Notes under the pieces: generated by a model | What the model was told of the DNA's origin: nothing | Databases searched by the model: none | Seen by the model: only the letters and a program-made list of their open reading frames with translations | Program-made: the position numbers and the translations under genes | From: a virus | Lineage: Duplodnaviria; Heunggongvirae; Uroviricota; Caudoviricetes | Reading direction: 5' to 3' (one strand) | DNA: 15,264 nucleotides | IMG/VR virus record: IMGVR_UViG_2645727868_000018 | Shown here: positions 1 to 6,769 of the stretch, piece after piece | Numbering within the stretch: the first letter of the stretch is position 1 | Layout: every line of letters starts with the position of its first letter

Positions 1-549
1 ATGCAATTTAATATCCCTACGTTGCTTACACTGTTCCGTGTCATCCTTATCCCATTCTTTGTATTGGTCTTTTATTTGCCTGTCACCTGGTCGCCGTTTG
101 CCGCCGCGCTCATTTTCTGCGTCGCGGCGGTGACTGACTGGTTCGATGGTTTTCTGGCACGCCGCTGGAATCAGAGTACCCGGTTTGGTGCTTTCCTTGA
201 CCCTGTCGCAGATAAAGTTCTCGTGGCTATCGCCATGGTGCTGGTAACCGAGCATTACCACAGCTGGTGGGTGACCTTACCGGCAGCAACGATGATCGCC
301 CGTGAAATTATTATTTCTGCGCTACGCGAATGGATGGCGGAGTTGGGTAAACGCAGTAGCGTGGCTGTCTCCTGGATTGGAAAAGTGAAAACCACTGCCC
401 AGATGGTGGCGTTGGCATGGCTGCTGTGGCGTCCGAATATTTGGGTTGAGTACGCCGGTATTGCACTTTTCTTTGTGGCTGCGGTACTGACTCTGTGGTC
501 AATGTTGCAATATTTGAGCGCTGCGCGTGCAGATTTGCTTGATCAGTGA
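1..549 (+). CDS. pgsA: CDP-diacylglycerol--glycerol-3-phosphate 3-phosphatidyltransferase (phosphatidylglycerophosphate synthase)
   Basis: Complete 182-aa ORF from ATG at base 1 to TGA at 547-549. Hydrophobic multi-pass protein carrying the CDP-alcohol phosphatidyltransferase motif region ([10 protein letters not shown] ... DPVADK). Recognised from memory as enterobacterial PgsA; its position upstream of glyW-cysT-leuZ matches the known E. coli gene order. Confidence 0.95.
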
Positions 550-599
550 TCGTTTCGGCGCAATTTTCAGCAAACGATCAAAAGTGGTGAAAAATATCG

Positions 600-627
600 T
601 TGACTCATCGCGCCAGGTAAGTAGAAT
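600..627 (+). promoter_or_regulatory. Sigma70-type promoter of the tRNA operon (TTGACT, 16-bp spacer, TAGAAT) with A-rich upstream tract and GC-rich discriminator
   Basis: Seen in sequence: -35 TTGACT at 600-605, -10 TAGAAT at 622-627, followed by GCAACGCATCG, typical of stringently controlled stable-RNA promoters. About 70 nt upstream of the first tRNA. Confidence 0.5.
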
Positions 628-700
628 GCAACGCATCGAACGGCGGCACTGATTGCCAGACGATAATAAAATCAAGTGATTAACTGATTGCTTGATGAAT

Positions 701-776
<76 letters not shown>

Positions 777-829
777 GTTTAAAAGGCATCGGCGTCAGCG
801 GATGTCTGGCTGAAAGGCCTGAAGAATTT

Positions 830-903
830 GGCGCGTTAACAAAGCGGTTATGTAGCGGATTGCAAATCCGTCTAGTCCGGTTCGACTCCGGAACGCGCCT
901 CCA
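830..903 (+). tRNA. cysT: tRNA-Cys (anticodon GCA)
   Basis: 74-nt sequence GGCGCGTTAACAAAGCGGTTATGTAGCGGATTGCAAATCCG...CCGGTTCGACTCCGGAACGCGCCTCCA. Acceptor stem GGCGCGT/ACGCGCC, anticodon GCA, T-loop TTCGACT, encoded CCA. Confidence 0.95.
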
Positions 904-915
904 CTTTTTTCCCGA

Positions 916-1002
916 GCCCGGATGGTGGAATCGGTAGACACAAGGGATTTAAAATCCCTCGGCGTTCGCGCTGTGCGGGTTCAAGTCCCGCTCCGGGTAC
1001 CA
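916..1002 (+). tRNA. leuZ: tRNA-Leu (anticodon UAA), type II tRNA with long variable arm
   Basis: 87-nt sequence GCCCGGATGGTGGAATCGGTAGACACAAGGGATTTAAAATCCC...GCGGGTTCAAGTCCCGCTCCGGGTACCA. Anticodon loop TTTAAAA gives anticodon TAA; long variable arm, T-loop TTCAAGT, encoded CCA. Third member of the known glyW-cysT-leuZ operon. Confidence 0.95.
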
Positions 1003-1045
1003 TGGGAAAGATAAGAATAAAATCAAAGCAATAAGCAGTGTCGTG

Positions 1046-1070
1046 AAACCACCTTCGGGTGGTTTTTTTG
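1046..1070 (+). terminator. Rho-independent terminator of the tRNA operon
   Basis: Perfect hairpin ACCACC-TTCG-GGTGGT (1048-1063) followed by a run of 7 T. An A-tract lies upstream, so it could act in both directions. Confidence 0.7.
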
Positions 1071-1092
1071 TATCTTCTTTCTCATTTCCGAA

Positions 1093-1127
1093 GATGCGTC
1101 CGAAGATGATTTTTCTCTGGACGCATC
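1093..1127. repeat. Perfect 9-bp inverted repeat GATGCGTCC-N17-GGACGCATC just downstream of the integrase stop
   Basis: Seen in sequence: arms at 1093-1101 and 1119-1127. Lies between the leuZ terminator and the int stop codon (1133-1135, minus strand). Candidate int terminator or att-proximal protein-binding site. Confidence 0.3.
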
Positions 1128-1132
1128 ATCAT

Positions 1133-2149
1133 TCATTTTCTCTGGCCACCAACTACGGGCACTACTTTAACTTTCCGGTCATATGCTGCTGTCTGTCGCG
1201 GGTTCTTATGCCCGGAAATTGCTTGCTTCTCTTCCAGGCTGCCTTCCAGATCAGAGATACCTTTTGCTTTCAGATCATGAAATGTGAAGTCTATTTGCAG
1301 ATGAGGATATTTTTCCTGTGCTGCCGCTTTGACATCACGCCAACGAGAGTTAAAACCATCACGGGTATACTTGCCACCGGTAGTTTGATGAATCACAAAC
1401 AGGCTACTGATTCCCGTTTTTAATGGCAGAGAACGAGCCAGAGCTATCGCTTTCTGCAGACGAGGCGACCAGGCTTTGATTTGCTTAACGCCGGTTTTTC
1501 CCTGACGAATGTAGATCCCGGAATCGAACAGCTGGTCTTTCTGCAATGAAAGTACATCACTCTGTCTGGCCACGCATAAGTAGGCAATCTCCATTGCTAC
1601 GCGAACAACATCAGGAGACACTTCATAAACGGCCTGATATTCTTCATCCGTAATATAACGTTCGCGAGCTTTCTCTTTAAACTGTTTAACTCCCTGACAA
1701 GGATTCCTCTGAACATAACCTCGTTCATAACCCCAACGGAATACCCGGGACATAAAGCTTTTTTCCCTGTTTGCCTGAGTTCGGCTTGATAAACCGCGTT
1801 GATCCATATAGCGCCGAATATGTTCAGGTTTGATTTTATCCGGGTCGATCTTCCCGAAGACAGGCAGAACTTTTCCGGAATATTTTGTGTAGTCTTTCCG
1901 GGTTTCGACTGCCAAATCCATAAAATCAGGGGAGGTCATGAATTGTTCCGTGAGCGCCTGAAAAGTATTTCTTTCTTTTTCGTCACCGACCGCTTTTTCA
2001 TATGCCAGCCATACGGCTGATCGTGGTGCATCCAATGCGCACAGGCGTATCGCTTTGTTATCTTTATTCCTGAATTCGTAGGCCGCTTTGCCCTGGTAAA
2101 CACGAGGCGGCATCCAGTTATCTGCTGGGTTCTTTCTCTTTCCGGCCAT
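1133..2149 (-). CDS. int: Phage tyrosine integrase (lambda Int family)
   Basis: Long minus-strand ORF. The C-terminal catalytic region FHDLKAKGISDL...ISGHKNPRQTAAYDR parallels lambda Int HELRSL...LLGHKSDTMASQYRD (His/Arg box, catalytic Tyr). Start taken at Met11 (MAGKRKNPADNW...) at 2149; the ORF-track start at 2179 is possible. Confidence 0.9.
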   Translation of the reverse strand: MAGKRKNPADNWMPPRVYQGKAAYEFRNKDNKAIRLCALDAPRSAVWLAYEKAVGDEKERNTFQALTEQFMTSPDFMDLAVETRKDYTKYSGKVLPVFGKIDPDKIKPEHIRRYMDQRGLSSRTQANREKSFMSRVFRWGYERGYVQRNPCQGVKQFKEKARERYITDEEYQAVYEVSPDVVRVAMEIAYLCVARQSDVLSLQKDQLFDSGIYIRQGKTGVKQIKAWSPRLQKAIALARSLPLKTGISSLFVIHQTTGGKYTRDGFNSRWRDVKAAAQEKYPHLQIDFTFHDLKAKGISDLEGSLEEKQAISGHKNPRQTAAYDRKVKVVPVVGGQRK

Positions 2150-2381
2150 TAAATATTGCTCCAAAATCAGGTTCATCATCTTTTCGCGTCGTCACCTCCT
2201 GTAAATTGCGAAATTTTATTGGGTTCATGAAATGGCCCCAGGTTGTTTTTGGGTGTCCGTCAGCCCTTTCCATGAAGAAAATTCCAGCCCGGCGAAGAGC
2301 CTCACATTGCTTTGATTTAAGTGGGCTTCCCGTCAGCTCGACCATTTCTTCTCTGGTGATTATGTCGTGATCGCTTTTCAT
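2118..2381 (-). CDS. xis: Excisionase-like small DNA-binding protein
   Basis: 87-aa ORF immediately upstream of and overlapping int. The segment ITREEMVELTGSPLKSKQCEALRRAGIFFMERADGHPKTTW resembles the winged-helix core of phage excisionases. The ribosome-binding site GAGGAAAGACC sits immediately before the ATG at 2381. Family assignment by eye only. Confidence 0.5.
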   Translation of the reverse strand: MKSDHDIITREEMVELTGSPLKSKQCEALRRAGIFFMERADGHPKTTWGHFMNPIKFRNLQEVTTRKDDEPDFGAIFNGRKEKEPSR

Positions 2382-2541
2382 GGTCTTTCCTCATTATGTA
2401 GCTTATTGCGTCATCTGCCTTCTGGCAGGCACGGGCAATATCAGACTCGGTCAAAGTCTGTTTCCTGACGCTGGCCGACAGTCGACCAATTTTGATATCA
2501 AATGCGGAGAGCAGAGTTGCTCCCGGTTGCCATCGCAGCAT
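2317..2541 (-). CDS. Hypothetical protein (74 aa from first in-frame ATG)
   Basis: The ORF-track entry 2317..2571 starts with TTG; the first ATG at 2541 has a good SD (GGAGGA, about 6-nt spacer). Its 3' end overlaps the xis-like ORF by 65 nt in another frame, so one of the two calls or their starts may be wrong. Confidence 0.3.
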   Translation of the reverse strand: MLRWQPGATLLSAFDIKIGRLSASVRKQTLTESDIARACQKADDAISYIMRKDHEKRSRHNHQRRNGRADGKPT

Positions 2542-2590
2542 TGTGATCCTCCGGTGTCTGGTGAATCGCAATGCTAGCGATGGTGAGTTT

Positions 2591-2773
2591 TTATTTCTGA
2601 TTAGGCGTAATCAGTTCTTGTGGGGTGAATGCCGATTTCTCCCGAGTGACCTTAATGTTTTCTGGCAGGTGTAGCCCAAGTTCGCAGCGGCTCCGTGCTT
2701 CAATAATGCCATTGGTACCATCGGCAAGTACCAGGTGAACCGCGTCACCACGCTTTAATGTGAGTTTAAGCAT
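2591..2773 (-). CDS. Small protein with CsrA/RsmA-like sequence pattern (60 aa)
   Basis: SD GAGGA 7-8 nt upstream of ATG; start overlaps the Gp157-like stop (TAATG). Ungapped comparison with E. coli CsrA (61 aa, recalled from memory) gives M1, L2, L4, T5, G9, G33, P37, V42, R44, E45 at identical positions. Assignment by eye, not by search. Confidence 0.45.
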   Translation of the reverse strand: MLKLTLKRGDAVHLVLADGTNGIIEARSRCELGLHLPENIKVTREKSAFTPQELITPNQK

Positions 2774-3342
2774 TAGCGTATCCTCAGTGACCGTTCGCCG
2801 CGTTCCAGATGTGCGCCTGGTACCGGGTTTAATAACTCGGCTGGTGGTGTTTCTCCACGCGCCAGTATTTCGGCGGCAACCGCCTCCGCAGATTCAATCA
2901 CTTCTTTAATGGCTCGCTTGTTTGGTGTAATAACCGTTTCTACATCAACAAGTGACACGCCCTCATACTCATCCGGGATCTTATCTTTGCTATCGATAAT
3001 TACCCGGATAGCCCCCTGTGCATCAGTAAATGTGTTTTTTGCGGTTTTCAGTTTATCCAGGCCAGCAGCTTGCAGGCAGGTGAGCATATGCTTTCGAATT
3101 GCTTTTTCCTTGCCTTCAAAGGACGTCTTACGGGTTGCCAGGCGAGACATTTCTTCAGCGCAGGTATTGGCATTGCCCTGTAAATTACGGCAGATGACCA
3201 TCATGGCGTCCAGTTTGTCTCCCAGTTCTCCTTCCATGCCTTCAAGCGTGTCGGCGATCATCTCTGGCGTCAGTTCATCGGCGGTTTCTAACAGGTCAAT
3301 CAGACTGGCATATTCTTTTGCAATAGCGATAGCAGTGCTCAT
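2773..3342 (-). CDS. Gp157-family phage protein (Sipho_Gp157-like), usually found in recombination modules
   Basis: 189-aa acidic, coiled-coil-rich protein. N-terminus ...LIDLLETADELTPEMIADTLEGMEGELGDKLDAMMVICRNLQGNANTCAEEMSRLATRK... and ...IPDEYEGV... match the recalled profile of the Gp157 family. SD AGGAG precedes the ATG at 3342; the gene is adjacent to a Sak/Rad52-like gene as usual for this family. Confidence 0.6.
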   Translation of the reverse strand: MSTAIAIAKEYASLIDLLETADELTPEMIADTLEGMEGELGDKLDAMMVICRNLQGNANTCAEEMSRLATRKTSFEGKEKAIRKHMLTCLQAAGLDKLKTAKNTFTDAQGAIRVIIDSKDKIPDEYEGVSLVDVETVITPNKRAIKEVIESAEAVAAEILARGETPPAELLNPVPGAHLERGERSLRIR

Positions 3343-5555
3343 GCTGTTTGCTCCTGTGCAGCGGTAAGGGCGGCGAGGCGTTCAGTTTTAATGTCGGTGA
3401 TACGGCGCAGACGTGATCCCAGATACGATGAATATTCTTTATCGCCTTTGGTTTCCGCTGCTTTCCTGTGTACATCCACTTCGCGGGCGATGAGGCCAAA
3501 TACCTTGTTTACTTCGTTGGCGGTTACCGCGGCGGCCAGCGTATTGGCAACGTTGATAAGCTTCTCATCCAGTTCCTTACGCAGACGGGTAGCATCTTCC
3601 GCATTCTCGCTGGCATTCTTGATATCAAACTCAGCTTTATTCCTCTGGCGGTATTCCGGATTGTCGTACAGGCCCATGAAAATATCGGCGCTGAATCCGA
3701 GAGGGGATAGCGCTTTCTTAACAGCATCCGTCCAGGATTTCTTCGGTGCTTCGCCGTCGCTTGTTGGTCCGTATTTAGTGTCGTAGATATAAGGTGTGCA
3801 TCCGTAAGCCTCGGACTCACCGCGTACCCCATTCAATATGTACCAGACTCTCACTTTCATGGTGTGGTGCATTTCACATAGGTACCCGCCAACACCGTCT
3901 TGAATCAGATCCCATTCTATTTTTTCACCAACCTGTTTTTTGCGAACTATTGGTGCGCCTTTATCAAAGCGCTCCTCCAGCACCTCTACCCCCCAGCCAA
4001 TACCAAATGGCCCAAATTCGCGAGTCGCTTTCATCGCTATATAAGTGCCGTTGATGGATGTGCCGCCGCCATTCTGAGAGAAAGCACTGGTGAAGCGCTC
4101 ATCGGTTTTGAATACGTTCTTCCACAATGCCAGGTTATCCGTGTCATCTGAGTCCTTTAACTCCGTTTCGATAGCTGAGATTGCATTCTGCCGCTTGTGC
4201 TCTTCGGCATGGATCCGCTCAACCAGCGCGTCAACGTTCTGCACCAGATCCTTTACCTGCTCGCTAAGTTGTTCTTGTGGAGGAGTCTCTTCTGCCAGGG
4301 TAATAGCTGCAGGTTCCCTCTGTGATACGGCGTTATTTTCAGGTACGTCATACACATGGCGAGGCGTGACAAACTGCTCACGCAACTGCTGCAAACTACG
4401 TTCTCCAGCATTTGCAGCTTCGCTTTTTTCGCCCTGATTTGAGGGTGTTTCTGACATCATCCCATCAATTGAGAATCGTCCGCCGCCGTGGTTGGTGACT
4501 TTTACATCATCCTTGGGTGCTGCTTCCTTTGGCTTCTCTTCAACAGCATTTGCATCACGCTGCCCGTTAGCTTGCAGCCAGTTGTCGATGTGACTGCGCA
4601 GGGATTGTGGGAAGTGGTACGTGTCTTTTGCGGGGGCGCTCTGAATAACACCGAATACTGATGCGCGGTCATAGGCAAGGATCTGATCCGTTGTGCGCAA
4701 GGCCATTGACCAGCGTTTAAAATCTTCCCTGTCCTGACTGATTATTTCGTCTGCCGCTTTCAGGATGCTGGGGGTGATTTTTTCCGGGGCAACAGGTAAC
4801 AGGGCGCAGGCAATTTCACGATCCAGAGTGGCGTGAGTCTGTTTGTAAGGACGTGCGGATGCTGTTTCTGGTTTTACCTCCGGCAGCATTTCATCTCGTT
4901 TACCGGGATTCTCTACCCATTTTTTTATAAATTTGGAGATAGTCCAACTGGTCGGGTTTTGTTCCTGGGTATCGCAACTTGCCAAAATTGCATGTACCAG
5001 ATTATTCAATCCAGCAATATGCATGTACTCGATGGGCTTACACGCCACCATGGCATCAAGAACGATGCGGTTAAACGCGTCAACCTCATCCTCACTGTCA
5101 GTATCACTGTTATCGAGCATCTCCAGGTATTCACGCGTCTGCACAAGCAATTCACTGTCGACTTCGTTGGCGTCGTGGCTGAACAGCAGAACGGCGGCGA
5201 ATCGTTCACGAGCCGGCAGTTTCATCAGGTCGCTAACCTGTGAGATATCTGCTGAACTGCAATCTGAATCAACAGGAGTGTTAACTACCCATTTTTCGCC
5301 ATCAAAACTGTGTTCTGTGGCAAACGTCTCATCAAACTCACCGACGCCTGGGCGCGGTTGGCCCGGGGCATCTTCCCAGATTTTAGGTTTGAAATAGTTG
5401 TCGCCGTGGTCAGGGTAGGCTTCCCACAATTTGCCGATGATGATGTTCTCGGCAACTTTTTTGTTAGGGGCGGCGATGGCGATGGCCAGCGCCGGGATCG
5501 CGCCGTTTTTGAGCGCGCCTTTTTTCGCTTCTAACAAGCCGTTAAAAATGGTCAT
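3339..5555 (-). CDS. Large phage protein (738 aa) with Rad52/Sak-type single-strand annealing domain in its C-terminal half; N-terminal ~450 aa of unknown function
   Basis: Uninterrupted 2217-nt ORF with the motif GAGGAAAGACC-A-ATG at its start. Residues ~480-640 (GGYLCEMHH...APKKSWTDAVKKALSPLGFSADIFMGLYDN) resemble the conserved core of Rad52/Sak annealing proteins (compare Rad52 KKSAVTDALKRSLRGFG and Sak SSALKRCASSGFGIGRYLYDL, both recalled from memory). Acidic low-complexity linker (DNSDTDSEDEVD) and a C-terminal coiled coil. Confidence 0.55.
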   Translation of the reverse strand: MTIFNGLLEAKKGALKNGAIPALAIAIAAPNKKVAENIIIGKLWEAYPDHGDNYFKPKIWEDAPGQPRPGVGEFDETFATEHSFDGEKWVVNTPVDSDCSSADISQVSDLMKLPARERFAAVLLFSHDANEVDSELLVQTREYLEMLDNSDTDSEDEVDAFNRIVLDAMVACKPIEYMHIAGLNNLVHAILASCDTQEQNPTSWTISKFIKKWVENPGKRDEMLPEVKPETASARPYKQTHATLDREIACALLPVAPEKITPSILKAADEIISQDREDFKRWSMALRTTDQILAYDRASVFGVIQSAPAKDTYHFPQSLRSHIDNWLQANGQRDANAVEEKPKEAAPKDDVKVTNHGGGRFSIDGMMSETPSNQGEKSEAANAGERSLQQLREQFVTPRHVYDVPENNAVSQREPAAITLAEETPPQEQLSEQVKDLVQNVDALVERIHAEEHKRQNAISAIETELKDSDDTDNLALWKNVFKTDERFTSAFSQNGGGTSINGTYIAMKATREFGPFGIGWGVEVLEERFDKGAPIVRKKQVGEKIEWDLIQDGVGGYLCEMHHTMKVRVWYILNGVRGESEAYGCTPYIYDTKYGPTSDGEAPKKSWTDAVKKALSPLGFSADIFMGLYDNPEYRQRNKAEFDIKNASENAEDATRLRKELDEKLINVANTLAAAVTANEVNKVFGLIAREVDVHRKAAETKGDKEYSSYLGSRLRRITDIKTERLAALTAAQEQTA

Positions 5556-5585
5556 TGGTCTTTCCTCATTACAGGTCAGTGGTTT

Positions 5586-5906
5586 TTAGTAGGGGAGCTC
5601 ATCGGTATCTGGCGTGTATTCGATGCAAAGTAACTGCTGGATTTTGTCATCGATAGCAGCAATACGCTGTTGGGCGTCGGCGACTGTTTTCTGTTTTTGT
5701 TCACGCAGTTGCTCGACCTGTAAACCGATGATGTCGATTGGCTCGGGCTGGTTAACGGTAATTTCAATTTCGCGGCTTTCCAGAAGGATGTACCTGTCTG
5801 GAAAATTTTTTGACATATCAACAGTCGCAACAAGCAGCTTTTCGTGGCTGAAAGTTGAAGTTGCATAATGAATAAAGAGTGTTACTGGGATGGTGCGCGC
5901 TTCCAT
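5586..5906 (-). CDS. Hypothetical protein (106 aa), first gene of the leftward early operon
   Basis: Strong SD (AAGGAG) 7 nt before the ATG at 5906; its stop lies 30 nt upstream of the 738-aa gene start. No recognisable family; not arginine-rich, so not N-like. Confidence 0.5.
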   Translation of the reverse strand: MEARTIPVTLFIHYATSTFSHEKLLVATVDMSKNFPDRYILLESREIEITVNQPEPIDIIGLQVEQLREQKQKTVADAQQRIAAIDDKIQQLLCIEYTPDTDELPY

Positions 5907-6303
5907 AGCGACTCCTTGGTAATGTATACTCAGAGCCGATCAGCGAATATTGATCAGCTTCCATAGCGTCAGTGTCGTTGGTCTTTCCTCATCACAAGTT
6001 TGGTCACTTGTGATAAATCCGAATGGTTTGGTCGCCGTTCGGGGTAACTGGCCCGCCTTGTGCGGGTCTTTTGCTATCTAAAGGGTGCCGGTTACGTTTC
6101 CGGCGTCGTTATGTTTCCATTACGACCGTACAGGGCTGGTCAGGCCCGGGCTGGTCTTTCCTGTTTTGAGCTGGTCAGGCTCATGGTCAACGCTGGTCAG
6201 GCGTGGTACTTCCTCCGGTCTTTCCCTGGTGTCACGCTGCGGGTTTGGCCTCTCCTGTTGGGGACTCAGGCACAGCGATAAAACCTGGCTGTGTGAAAAA
6301 ATG

Positions 6304-6323
6304 GCCCATCGTGCGGACTGGGC
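6304..6323 (-). terminator. Terminator-like hairpin plus U6 on the minus strand, 3' of the tRNA-like fragment
   Basis: Minus-strand reading GCCCA-gtccgcacga-TGGGC followed by CA-TTTTTT (plus 6296-6301 is AAAAAA). Short 5-bp stem with a 10-nt loop, so only a weak candidate. Confidence 0.25.
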
Positions 6324-6344
6324 AAAGACTAAACACAGCAAATT

Positions 6345-6372
6345 GATGATGGGCGCCCGGAATCGAACCGGG
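6345..6372 (-). other. tRNA-like fragment (T-arm plus acceptor-like 3' strand) inside the leftward leader
   Basis: Minus-strand sequence CCCGG-TTCGATT-CCGGG-CGCCCAT has a perfect 5-bp T-stem and canonical T-loop. No complementary acceptor 5' strand, D-arm or CCA could be found, so it is not a complete tRNA gene. Confidence 0.3.
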
Positions 6373-6769
6373 TAACGGGCAGGGAGTTCCCGTTAAACAC
6401 CTGTTCACCACAACCGGGAGCGCACTCCGCCATTTCAAAATTTAACGACAAAGCTCAAAGTTGAGTCGATGAAGTGCGCTCTCGTGTTGTAGCCAGGACT
6501 CTTCCCTGGTGGTCACACCGTATCGCCTTGATGGTGAATCAATCGCTCATACCTGGCTGTGGCTTGCACATTCCGGCTACCTGCTATGGAGACAACGCGT
6601 TAAGGCTCCGCTTCCATCCAGACCGCTTCGACACATGTGCCATATGCCGGTGAAGTCTTTCCCTCTGTCACCGTGTTGGCGCCGACGCGCAAAATTTGGT
6701 GCCGTCTTTCCGGCTGTCAGAACGTGTTTCTGAACAACTGCCGCTGGGTAAGCGTTGTTGATGAAAGTG

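Noticed and set aside
1043-2020. Plus-strand ORFs 1043..1423 and 1799..2020 opposite the integrase
   Set aside because: They are antisense shadow ORFs inside a well-supported integrase gene.
3391-5534. Multiple plus-strand ORFs (3391..3786, 3468..3710, 3794..4054, 3900..4151, 4090..4437, 4833..5243, 4933..5397, 5310..5534) and minus-strand ORFs 3524..3832 and 5006..5209
   Set aside because: All lie antisense to or out of frame within the uninterrupted 738-aa gene. Their translations are Ser/Cys/Arg-rich low-complexity sequences typical of shadow ORFs, and none has a ribosome-binding site.
5818-5964. 48-aa upstream ORF (MEADQYSL...) starting at a duplicated gctATGGAAGC start context 58 nt upstream of the 106-aa gene
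   Set aside because: It has no SD, a Cys-rich implausible C-terminus, and overlaps the 106-aa gene out of frame. It more likely reflects duplication of the 12-bp start-context sequence (5899-5910 and 5957-5968) than a coding gene.
6135-6225. CRISPR array or type III toxin-antitoxin RNA repeat array
   Set aside because: The repeat units are only 9-11 bp, of two interleaved kinds, with irregular spacing of 22-35 bp. This is inconsistent with CRISPR repeats (24-48 bp with unique spacers) or uniform tandem ToxI-type repeats, and no cas or toxin gene is adjacent.
6345-6435. Complete tRNA gene on the minus strand
   Set aside because: Only the T-arm and an acceptor-like 3' strand are present. No complementary 5' acceptor strand, D-arm or encoded CCA could be found, so it is reported as a tRNA-like fragment.
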